DNA of 64,000 nt from a virus (taxonomy: Duplodnaviria; Caudoviricetes), in the IMG/VR virus record IMGVR_UViG_3300046475_000322, positions 4,643 through 68,642 of that record; one strand, given 5' to 3'. The notes beneath the pieces are model-generated. The model made no database searches, was not told the DNA's origin, and saw only the letters and a program-made list of their open reading frames with translations. The position numbers were made by a program, and so were the translations under genes. The number at the start of each line of letters is the position of its first letter. Positions within the stretch are counted from its first letter, which is position 1. Positions 17,657-25,548 of the stretch are shown here, one piece after another.

Positions 17657-18448
17657 TCAGACGTTGGGGACGTGGAGCTTGGCCCAACTGGACGGGCCGG
17701 GTATGCCGTCAGCGGACGTGCCGGTGTAACCGAGGTGCCGTTGCCATGCCGCGTAGGAGCGTTCGTCGCCCGGGCCCCACACGTCGGCGTTCGCAGGCGA
17801 GGCGTAGTGGTTGCAGCCGACCGCCACCAACCGCTTGTGCATCGCCGCGATCACCGGCGACCGGCGACCGGACCGGAAGAACGAGGCGCCAGGGAACGGC
17901 TCGTAGGCCGGCGTCACGGGCGGCGCCGGTTCCGTCACCGTGCTGGCCGGACGGGGCGCGCCCTTCTGCACCCAGGCGTACAGCGGGCCGCCGGGGCAGG
18001 CTGTGGCGTAGCCGTCGCGGTGGCCCTTGATCTCGGCCCCGGCGCCGTGCTGGCGGAGCAGCTCGATGCCGTCGCGGATCGCGTCGAGCATCAGGTCGGT
18101 CGGCTCGGTCAGACCCTCGGATCCGACGAGGCCGACGATCGCGTAGTGCGCCACGTTCAGCGGCTGGTTGCCGTTGGCGCCGGTCCGCTTGCCGATGCCG
18201 CGGCCTTCGAGGAGGTAGCCGTGGGGGCAGGCCCCGTAGTTGTAGGCGATGTCGGAGTAGTTCTCGACCGTGTTCGCGAGGTGGGACCTGCGGATGGCCT
18301 GCCACTCGGCGATGCACGCGGCGTGGTCCGCGAGCAGCTTCGTGCTCACGGCCGTGCCCTCGTAGTGGACCTTCACGCCCTGCGTGGACGTCTGTATCGG
18401 CGCGGCCGAGGCAGGCCAGCCGAGCTCAGATCGGGTGACGAGCTTCAT
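17657..18448 (-). CDS. Endolysin: PGRP/amidase_2 plus peptidoglycan-binding domain
   Basis: ATG 18448; VKVHY, SDIAYNY, EGRG, KGHRD..TACPG; C-terminal ADGIPGPSSW. Confidence 0.92.
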   Translation of the reverse strand: MKLVTRSELGWPASAAPIQTSTQGVKVHYEGTAVSTKLLADHAACIAEWQAIRRSHLANTVENYSDIAYNYGACPHGYLLEGRGIGKRTGANGNQPLNVAHYAIVGLVGSEGLTEPTDLMLDAIRDGIELLRQHGAGAEIKGHRDGYATACPGGPLYAWVQKGAPRPASTVTEPAPPVTPAYEPFPGASFFRSGRRSPVIAAMHKRLVAVGCNHYASPANADVWGPGDERSYAAWQRHLGYTGTSADGIPGPSSWAKLHVPNV

Positions 18449-18927
18449 GCCGCGGGCTCCTCTACGGGGTGGATGGCGAGCTTGAACTCGGCGAGGGTGA
18501 CCCGCCGCGATGACGTCGCGTCGTGTGCGACGAGGAGGCCAATGGGGACGTCGGGCCGGACGAAGATCTCGTGGTGCTTGGTGAAGCACTGGATCCCCGG
18601 CGACGGAGCGCGGTGGTCGGTGGCCGTGGAGTCGTAGTCGCCGAGCGGGTCGCGGACGAACCGGTCGCGGACCTCGGTGTAGTTCCCGGCCTCCCAGTAG
18701 ATGAGGGAGGTGAGGACACCCCAGCCCGCGACGGCAGGCCAGATCAGGCCGGAGCGGTCGTCCTTCGACCAGCTGGTGACGGTGCCCCCGTCGGGCTGGG
18801 TGGGCTGGTGCATACCCCATGGGTCGTAGGACTCGGTGGTGTAGGGGAAGCGGACGACGCGGTACTGCCCGTCGGTGGGGATGGTCTGCGGGATGTCGGC
18901 CTTCAGCGAGCAGATGCGGGTGGTCAC
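18445..18927 (-). CDS. Hypothetical protein preceding endolysin
   Basis: 160 aa, 4-nt overlap with endolysin. Confidence 0.75.
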   Translation of the reverse strand: MTTRICSLKADIPQTIPTDGQYRVVRFPYTTESYDPWGMHQPTQPDGGTVTSWSKDDRSGLIWPAVAGWGVLTSLIYWEAGNYTEVRDRFVRDPLGDYDSTATDHRAPSPGIQCFTKHHEIFVRPDVPIGLLVAHDATSSRRVTLAEFKLAIHPVEEPAA

Positions 18928-18981
18928 TGGTGGCCCTTCGACGGTGGTGCGTGGCGTTGAGCTGCACCCGACACGCGCGTA

Positions 18982-19028
18982 CCTTCAAATCGTAGCCTCA
19001 ACCCCGCATTTCACCTACGAATCAGAGG
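18982..19028. promoter_or_regulatory. Back-to-back pair of putative late-promoter motifs
   Basis: Minus gctacgatttgaagg (18982-18996) facing lysis genes; plus cctacgaatcagagg (19014-19028) facing the glyco operon. Confidence 0.7.
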
Positions 19029-19147
19029 TAACCTGTGCGTGGGTTCTTTGCTCAGAGGGCCTATGGCAGGGGCGTGTCCGTGCGGGTCGCGTCCCTGCCG
19101 CGCCAAACCCGCACCCACCCGCACCGCAACCCGCACAGGAGTCACGC

Positions 19148-19819
19148 ATGGCCGAGCCGATTACCGACGCGACCCCCTGTTCATCCGAGGGGCCTCCGCG
19201 CACACAGCCGCGCGCCTCCGTCATCGAGCTGATCGCCCCGGACTTCATCCCCAGCGAGGACGGCGCGGGCAGCATCGTCGTCCCTCGCGAAGTCCGGATC
19301 AACGGGGTCTCTGTCCTGACCGCTGGGTCTTCGGGCCGCGTCCTGATCGGCGACATCCGGCTCGGCTCGGACCTCGTCACCGTTACGGTCACCCTCGTTG
19401 CCCGCCGCCTCGTCATCGCCGCAGACGGAGACCTCGACGGGCTGTCGGACGCGGACGCGGTTCCCGTCGACTCCAGCGAGTTGGAGGACGGCAGCCTCCG
19501 TGACCAGCTAGACGAGGCCCGCCAGTGGGCGCGCCACGGCTACGAGATCGGCCAACGCCACTGCTCCTGGAGCGACCACGGCGTGGCCCCGGCCTGGCTG
19601 ACGGAGGGCTGGCCGCCGCACATCGACAGCTGCGAACACCTGAAGCACGCCGCCGATCTCGACACGGCGCTCTCCCGGGTGCGAGGTCTCTCCGTCGAGC
19701 CCGAAGTCATGAACGCCCAGCAGGAGCACCCAGGCGTGTGGAAGCGCGGCTACAAGTGCGGGGTCCTCGCGGCCAAGTCCGCAACCAGGCCGCGCGACGA
19801 GGAGACGGAGAAGCCGTGA
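19148..19819 (+). CDS. Hypothetical protein, first gene of inverted operon
   Basis: ATG 19148 with AGGAG RBS. Confidence 0.75.
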   Translation: MAEPITDATPCSSEGPPRTQPRASVIELIAPDFIPSEDGAGSIVVPREVRINGVSVLTAGSSGRVLIGDIRLGSDLVTVTVTLVARRLVIAADGDLDGLSDADAVPVDSSELEDGSLRDQLDEARQWARHGYEIGQRHCSWSDHGVAPAWLTEGWPPHIDSCEHLKHAADLDTALSRVRGLSVEPEVMNAQQEHPGVWKRGYKCGVLAAKSATRPRDEETEKP

Positions 19820-19926
19820 CCGTCATCTGTCAGGCGCTCGGCTGCCTGTTCGCGTTCGTCATGCTCGCCCCACACGCACCGGTCCACGCCTACGACTACC
19901 CGACCGTCGCCCGGAGTTCGCGATGA
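19816..19926 (+). CDS. Small hydrophobic peptide (36 aa)
   Basis: GTGA and ATGA overlaps on both sides. Confidence 0.5.
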   Translation: MTVICQALGCLFAFVMLAPHAPVHAYDYPTVARSSR

Positions 19927-20336
19927 CCGAGCCTCACATCCACGTCGCCTGCGCCGCGCTCCACCGGGACGCGCAGGGCAACACGGTCCCGTGCCCCGGG
20001 TATCCGCACACGGCCGAGCGCAAGGAGCGGGACGCGGAGGAACCCGAGACCAACTCTGACGACGAGGACGGGCGTCCCGAAGCCCCCTCCGACGAAGACC
20101 CGAACCCGGCCCTACCCGTCCGCCCCGACCCTCGCCAACCCGCATACGACGCCGTGTACGAGTACATCCGCAAGCTCGGGCCATACCTGCCGCCCAACCC
20201 TGTGCACCGGAACGCGATCATCTGGCGGGCCGTCCACGCCGCGCTCGACGCCACCCCGGTCGGCCGATGCGTGTCCTCGCACTGCGTCGAAGGCGACCAC
20301 ATCGTGCCCGTCGACGGCGGATGGGGGGCGCCGTGA
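19923..20336 (+). CDS. Hypothetical protein (137 aa)
   Basis: Overlapping operon; AYDAVYEYIRKLG...RNAIIWRAVHAAL. Confidence 0.7.
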   Translation: MTEPHIHVACAALHRDAQGNTVPCPGYPHTAERKERDAEEPETNSDDEDGRPEAPSDEDPNPALPVRPDPRQPAYDAVYEYIRKLGPYLPPNPVHRNAIIWRAVHAALDATPVGRCVSSHCVEGDHIVPVDGGWGAP

Positions 20337-20554
20337 CTGAGCGCACCACCCGGCTGCCCTACGACCACGCCCTGTACCTGATCAACTCAGTCTGCGAGAA
20401 CACCGACAAGATCGCAGCAACAGCGCACGGTCAACCCCGCGACCTGGACGGCCCGACAGCGACCGCACTCCTCGTCGCAACAGCCAACGCCGCGATCGCC
20501 TCTGCGCTCCTCGCAGTCGCCGACGCACTCCGCAACCCGCCGGAGCAGCCGTGA
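20333..20554 (+). CDS. Hypothetical protein (73 aa)
   Basis: GTG 20333; ALLVATANAAIASALLAVADAL. Confidence 0.65.
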   Translation: MTERTTRLPYDHALYLINSVCENTDKIAATAHGQPRDLDGPTATALLVATANAAIASALLAVADALRNPPEQP

Positions 20555-21627
20555 CTCAGCAGGCCATCGACCCCCCACACCCCGCCTACAACATCCCCCC
20601 CACCCTCCGCGGACCCGACTGGCAGAACCCCCACGCCAACATCCCACCCCTCGACGTCTTCGGCTGGGCCGCCGACAACGCAGGCTGCGGCTACTACCGC
20701 ATCCAACTCCCCACGCGCGGACTCGCCGACCTCGGCTACGCCACCCACTCCAGCACCCGGCTGCCCCAACCCGTCCGCCACAACCCGGCCGTCACGATCA
20801 TCGGCCAACGCGTCTGCGACCCCAACCCCTCACAGCTGTGGCAGCAACTCGCAGCAGAGGGACGCCACCTCATCTACGAGATCGACGACGACCTCTTCAA
20901 CATCGACCACCGCAGCCCCGCCGCGCACCAGTACTACGCCCGGCCCGACGTCCGCGCCAACATCGTCCGCAACATCACGGTGGCCGCGGCAGTGACGGTG
21001 ACAACGGAACCGCTCGTCGACATCGTCCGCCAGTGGAACCCGGTCGTTCACGTCATCCCCAACGCCGTCCCCAACTGGCTCCTCGACCACACCCCGCCCC
21101 AGCGTGCAGACGGCGTGCTCACCATCGGCTGGGGCGGCAGCGCCACCCACAACATGGACTGGGACCAGACCAGCAGCCAGATCCGCCGCTTCCTCCAACG
21201 CCACCCCCAGACCGAACTCCACTGCATCGGCAACGACTACGGCGCCACCCTCCGCGCCCCACGCCGACGATTCACCCCATGGGTGCCCAACGTCGAAGCG
21301 TTCCTCCAAGCGATCGACTACCACATCGGCGTCGCCCCCCTCCTGCCCCACGTGTTCAACCGCAGCAAGTCCGCGATCAAAGCGCTTGAGTGCGCAGCCC
21401 TCGGCATCCCCACCGTCGCCAGTGCGGTCCGCCCCTACGAGGACTACGTCCTCGACGGCGCCACCGGCTACCTCGTGCGCCGCGACCACGAATGGGGCCA
21501 GCACCTCCGCGCCCTCGCCACCGACCCCGCCATGCGCGCAGAGATGGGCGCCGCCGCCCGCGAGCACGCACGCACCTCCACCATCAGCGCCATCGCGCCA
21601 CTCTGGGAGAAAGCGATCCTCGGATGA
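20551..21627 (+). CDS. GT-B (GT4-like) glycosyltransferase
   Basis: GCGYYRI, EIDDDLF, IPNAV, IGWGGS, KSAIKALECAALGIPTVAS, DGATGYLV. Confidence 0.9.
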   Translation: MTQQAIDPPHPAYNIPPTLRGPDWQNPHANIPPLDVFGWAADNAGCGYYRIQLPTRGLADLGYATHSSTRLPQPVRHNPAVTIIGQRVCDPNPSQLWQQLAAEGRHLIYEIDDDLFNIDHRSPAAHQYYARPDVRANIVRNITVAAAVTVTTEPLVDIVRQWNPVVHVIPNAVPNWLLDHTPPQRADGVLTIGWGGSATHNMDWDQTSSQIRRFLQRHPQTELHCIGNDYGATLRAPRRRFTPWVPNVEAFLQAIDYHIGVAPLLPHVFNRSKSAIKALECAALGIPTVASAVRPYEDYVLDGATGYLVRRDHEWGQHLRALATDPAMRAEMGAAAREHARTSTISAIAPLWEKAILG

Positions 21628-22667
21628 CCAAGCACGTTCTCCTCACCGGTGCCGCAGGATTCGTCGGCTCCCACGTCCTGCGCCACCTCCTCACCAACAC
21701 CGACTGGACCATCGCGGCGCCCGTCACGTTCCGGCACAAGGGCGTACCTGCCCGCATCACCTCGGCACTCGGCGGACACCCCGGTTGGTGGGACCGCGTC
21801 GATGTTGTCACCTGCGACCTCACCGCCCCCATTGACCCGGTCACCGCCGCCCGGTTCGGCGCGGTGGACTACCTGTTCAATGTGGCGTCCGAGTCGCACG
21901 TCGACCGCAGCATCGAGCAGCCCGGCCCGTTCATCGAGAACAACACCCGGCTCATCACCAACATCCTCGACTACGCCCGCCAGGCCCAGCCGGGGCTGGT
22001 CCTCCAGATGTCCACGGACGAGGTGTACGGGCCGGCGCCGGACGGGTACGCGCACCGCGAGTGGGACCCGATCATGCCGTCGAATCCGTACTCGGCCAGC
22101 AAGGCGGCGCAGGAGGCCATCGCGTTCACGTACTGGCGGACCTACGGCGTGCCCGTCGTGATCACCAACACGATGAACATCATCGGCGAGCAGCAGGACA
22201 CCGAGAAGTTCGTCCCCAAGACCCTCCGTGCCATCCTGCGCGGTGAGGCGCCCACCGTGCACGTCGCACCCGACGGACGGCCCGGCTCCCGCTTCTACCT
22301 CCACGCCCGGAACCTCGCAGACGCGTGGCTGTGGCTCGCCCGCAACCACAAGCCGCAGCAGTACGCCAACGGGCACGATCGCCCGTCCCGGTTCCACATC
22401 GTCGGCGAACGCGAGGTCACCAACACCGAGATGGTCCAGCTCCTCGCCGACGCTGCCGGGCTGCCCGTACCGGAACTGAACCTCGTCGACTTCCACTCCA
22501 GCCGACCCGGCCACGACCTCCGATACGCCCTCGACGGGGGCCGCCTCGCTACCGCGGGATGGAAGCCGCCGCTCGGGTTGGAGGAGTCGCTGCGGCGGAC
22601 GGTGGAATGGACGCTCGCGCACCCGGAGTGGCTTGGCCTCGACCAGGCGGTGGCTCGTGCTGTCTGA
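21624..22667 (+). CDS. rmlB: dTDP-glucose 4,6-dehydratase-like SDR
   Basis: VLLTGAAGFVGSH, ASESHVDRSI, STDEVYG, PSNPYSASKA, RPGHDLRYALD. Confidence 0.9.
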   Translation: MTKHVLLTGAAGFVGSHVLRHLLTNTDWTIAAPVTFRHKGVPARITSALGGHPGWWDRVDVVTCDLTAPIDPVTAARFGAVDYLFNVASESHVDRSIEQPGPFIENNTRLITNILDYARQAQPGLVLQMSTDEVYGPAPDGYAHREWDPIMPSNPYSASKAAQEAIAFTYWRTYGVPVVITNTMNIIGEQQDTEKFVPKTLRAILRGEAPTVHVAPDGRPGSRFYLHARNLADAWLWLARNHKPQQYANGHDRPSRFHIVGEREVTNTEMVQLLADAAGLPVPELNLVDFHSSRPGHDLRYALDGGRLATAGWKPPLGLEESLRRTVEWTLAHPEWLGLDQAVARAV

Positions 22668-23304
22668 ACTTCGCCTCGACCCGGCCGTGTTCGCCGACGC
22701 GGCCCCGTTCCCCCACGCTGTGATCGAGGGGCTGTGGGACCCGGATCACCTCCGCGCCTGCGCCGCCGAGTTCCCACCCGGAGACGACCCCCGCTGGACG
22801 ACCTACCCGGACCCGAAGGAGATCGGCAAACGCGCCGGCGACTCCCGCATGTGGGGACCGGCCACCCATGCCTTCTTCAAAGCGGCACGCTCGGACACGG
22901 CATGCCGGGCACTGGAGGACGCCACCGGGATCGGGCCGCTCACCGCGGACGACCTCGGCGGCGGGATGCACATGACCGGCGAGGGCGGCCGGCTCGCCAT
23001 GCACCGGGACTTCAACCGGCATCCGACGCTGGCGTTGGAGCGGCGCCTGAACCTGCTGATCTTCCTGAACGAGGAATGGGAGCGGGACTGGGGCGGCGTC
23101 CTCTACCTCGGGCAGGACGGGGACGTGGAGGTGCTGCCCACCTTCAACCGCACCGTCCTCTTCGCGTGCGGCCCGGAGTCGTGGCACGGGCACCCGGCCC
23201 CGATTGTCGGGGAGCGCTGGCGGCGGTCGCTGGCCTGCTACTACTACGCGCCGCTCCGCGAGGAGACCGCGGCCCCGCACTCCACCGTCTGGGGCGAGCG
23301 ATGA
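22657..23304 (+). CDS. 2OG-Fe(II) oxygenase, prolyl-4-hydroxylase-like
   Basis: PFPHAVI, GGGMH...MHRDFN (HxD), RRLNLLIFLNEEW..WGG, WHGHP, RRSLACYYY; start GTG 22657 or 22633. Confidence 0.9.
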   Translation: MLSELRLDPAVFADAAPFPHAVIEGLWDPDHLRACAAEFPPGDDPRWTTYPDPKEIGKRAGDSRMWGPATHAFFKAARSDTACRALEDATGIGPLTADDLGGGMHMTGEGGRLAMHRDFNRHPTLALERRLNLLIFLNEEWERDWGGVLYLGQDGDVEVLPTFNRTVLFACGPESWHGHPAPIVGERWRRSLACYYYAPLREETAAPHSTVWGER

Positions 23305-23969
23305 ACGACCCTCATCGGGCGGCCGTCATCCCGACCCGGAACCGGCACGATCTGCTGACCGACTGCATCAACTCCGTGGTGGACCAGGTCGACCGAGTCA
23401 TCGTCGTCGACAACGAGTCCGACCCTCCGATCGACCCCAACCAGTGGAATGGCAAGGTCGGCGTCCTTCGGGTGCCGCTCGATCCGCCGAACATCAGCAC
23501 GCTGTGGAACGTGGGCCTGCGCGCGGTTACGGCGGCGGCGCCCGCTGGCGAATGGGACGTGGCCGTCCTCAACTCTGATGTCGTGGTCCCGGCCGGCTGG
23601 ATGGATGCCCTGTCGTCGGCGATGCGGGCCACCACTGCGGTGCTCGCCTACCCGGATCAGGGGGGCGGCCGGGAACAGATCCTGCACACCCGGGCCGAGC
23701 CGGTCGATCTGCGGCAGCGGATCACCGGGTACGCATACATGCTGCGTGGCGAGGCGGGCCTGCGCCTCGATGAGTCGATGGCCTGGTGGTACTCGGACGA
23801 CGACCTCGACTGGCAGGCCCGGCAGCAGGGCGGTGCGCTCCTGGTCCCCGGGCTCGCGGTTGAGCACCGCTGTCCGAACGAGTCGACGAACGCGCGCCCG
23901 GAGTTGCAAGAGCAGGCGGGCCGGGACCGGGAGACCTTCATCGCCAAGTGGGGAAAGGCGCCGCACTGA
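23301..23969 (+). CDS. GT-A (GT2-like) glycosyltransferase
   Basis: AVIPTRNR, VIVVDNES, AVLNSDV, WYSDDDL. Confidence 0.88.
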   Translation: MNDPHRAAVIPTRNRHDLLTDCINSVVDQVDRVIVVDNESDPPIDPNQWNGKVGVLRVPLDPPNISTLWNVGLRAVTAAAPAGEWDVAVLNSDVVVPAGWMDALSSAMRATTAVLAYPDQGGGREQILHTRAEPVDLRQRITGYAYMLRGEAGLRLDESMAWWYSDDDLDWQARQQGGALLVPGLAVEHRCPNESTNARPELQEQAGRDRETFIAKWGKAPH

Positions 23970-24505
23970 TGCATGTGGAAGCGCGTGACGGGCTGGCCCG
24001 TCAACTCGAAGCATCCGGCCTCGATCTGGGGGCGCCGTGGCGGGTCCTCGACCTCGGCGGCCGGGACATCAACGGCAGCATCCGGGACCTGCTGCCTGCG
24101 GCGAAGTGGACCGGCCTCGACATCGAGCCGGGCCCCGGAGTCGACCTCGTCCACGACGCCACCCAGGCATGGCCAGCAGGGTTCGAGCGGTTCGACCTGG
24201 TGGTGTGTACCGAGGTGCTGGAGCACGTCGAGCGGTGGGGTGCGCTGTTGCGGACGGCGTCGGAGGCGCTGGAACCGGATGGCCCGGAGGCCCTGTTCGT
24301 GACGTGCGCATCGACGGGGCGGCGGCCGCATGGGGCGTCGGGCGGAATGGATCCGGCGCCGGGTGAGTGGTACGAGAACGTCGCCCCAGCCGAGCTGACT
24401 GGCGTGCTGGAGGGGGTGTTCCGGTACGCGGTCGTGGAGTATCGGGCGAACCCGGGGGACGCTTACGCGCGGGCGCAGGGGGTGCGTCGTGCCGTCGCCG
24501 CTTGA
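23969..24505 (+). CDS. Class I SAM-dependent methyltransferase
   Basis: VLDLGGRD, GLDIEPGPGVD, FDLVVCTEVLEHV. Confidence 0.88.
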   Translation: MHVEARDGLARQLEASGLDLGAPWRVLDLGGRDINGSIRDLLPAAKWTGLDIEPGPGVDLVHDATQAWPAGFERFDLVVCTEVLEHVERWGALLRTASEALEPDGPEALFVTCASTGRRPHGASGGMDPAPGEWYENVAPAELTGVLEGVFRYAVVEYRANPGDAYARAQGVRRAVAA

Positions 24506-25118
24506 GATCACCGTGGTCATCCCTGCGCATCCGGCGCGGGTCGTCAACGGCATGCTTGACCGGGCGGTGAAGTCCGTCGAGGCGCAGCTGCTCCCGACCG
24601 CTGGCATCAGCATCGCCATCGACGAGGACGGCGACGGCGCGGCCATCACCCGGCAGCGCGCCCTCGACGCGGTGCGCACCGAGTGGGTCGCGTTCCTCGA
24701 CTCGGACGACTGGTTCTACCCCGAGCACCTGCGCGTCCTGGCAGCCGGGGCACGGATCTTCCGCGCGGACTACGTCTTCTCCTACTACATGGTCCACTTC
24801 CCCGACGGGAAGCCGTGGCCCGCGAACGATCCGCTCGGCCATTTCGGGAAGACCTTCAACCCGGCCAAGCCGCACCAGACGACGATCACCACGCTGGTCC
24901 GTACCGACCTGGCCAAGCAGGTGGGCTTCTTCGACCCACCCCCGGACAGCGTCGTCGGCGGCCACCGAGGCGGCGAGGACTGGCACTTCACGGTGGGGTG
25001 CGCGGAGGCGGGGGCGAAGATCGTGCACGTGCCGAGGCGCACGTGGGCATGGTGCCATCACGGCGCGAACAGCTCCGGAATCCCAGGGCGCGGCGACGCA
25101 ACAGTGAGCCGGCCGTGA
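24489..25118 (+). CDS. GT-A (GT2-like) glycosyltransferase
   Basis: ITVVIPAH, RQRALDAVRTEWVAFLDSDD, GGEDW, HHGANSSG. Confidence 0.9.
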   Translation: MPSPLEITVVIPAHPARVVNGMLDRAVKSVEAQLLPTAGISIAIDEDGDGAAITRQRALDAVRTEWVAFLDSDDWFYPEHLRVLAAGARIFRADYVFSYYMVHFPDGKPWPANDPLGHFGKTFNPAKPHQTTITTLVRTDLAKQVGFFDPPPDSVVGGHRGGEDWHFTVGCAEAGAKIVHVPRRTWAWCHHGANSSGIPGRGDATVSRP

Positions 25119-25327
25119 CCGGGCCCGAGAACTACACCGCAGCCGAGCGGCTCCTCGCCGCCGCCGACGAATACGAAACCGAAGGTGACCACCAGGCCGC
25201 CACCCACCGCCGCACCGAAGCCCTCGTGCGCGCCGCCCTCGCCCTCACAGCCAGCCACGCACTCCACCACCACCCGCTAAGCACCAGCTGGGCACACGCC
25301 ATCAACCCCCAGGAGAGCCAGCCATGA
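25115..25327 (+). CDS. Hypothetical protein (70 aa)
   Basis: GTG 25115 MTGPENYTAAERLL; overlapped start/stop. Confidence 0.65.
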   Translation: MTGPENYTAAERLLAAADEYETEGDHQAATHRRTEALVRAALALTASHALHHHPLSTSWAHAINPQESQP

Positions 25328-25548
25328 GCCAGCAGATCAGCGTCGAAGACGCCCTCGACGCGTTCCGTAAGCGGCACGGCGAGGTCGCCGACGAGAACGT
25401 CCTCCTGCGCGCGCAGGTCGCCGGCCTGGAGCGGCGGCTGTCCGACGCGCTCCAGGAGAACGAGCGTCTCCAGCAGGCAGCCGCCGCTGTTCCCGTCGGC
25501 CCAGACCTGGCCGCGCAGCCCCCGTACCTGGACGAGAAGCAGGGCTAG
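25324..25548 (+). CDS. Coiled-coil hypothetical protein (74 aa)
   Basis: ENVLLRAQVAGLERRLSDALQENERLQ. Confidence 0.7.
   Translation: MSQQISVEDALDAFRKRHGEVADENVLLRAQVAGLERRLSDALQENERLQQAAAAVPVGPDLAAQPPYLDEKQG

Noticed and set aside
16907-18637. 576-aa plus-strand ORF
   Set aside because: Antisense to holin/endolysin genes
18875-19147. Upstream extension of ORF 18875-19819
   Set aside because: Overlaps the divergent promoter and lysis gene; ATG 19148 has a clear RBS
22657-23304. TET/JBP assignment implying a 5hmC-glucosylation pathway
   Set aside because: Sequence pattern fits P4H-like oxygenases and the gene is far from the methylase; kept only as an alternative to test
20551-24505. Block-wise switches between C/A-rich and G/T-rich strand composition within genes
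   Set aside because: Visible here and elsewhere in the window, but not quantified and not aligned with gene boundaries, so no claim is made
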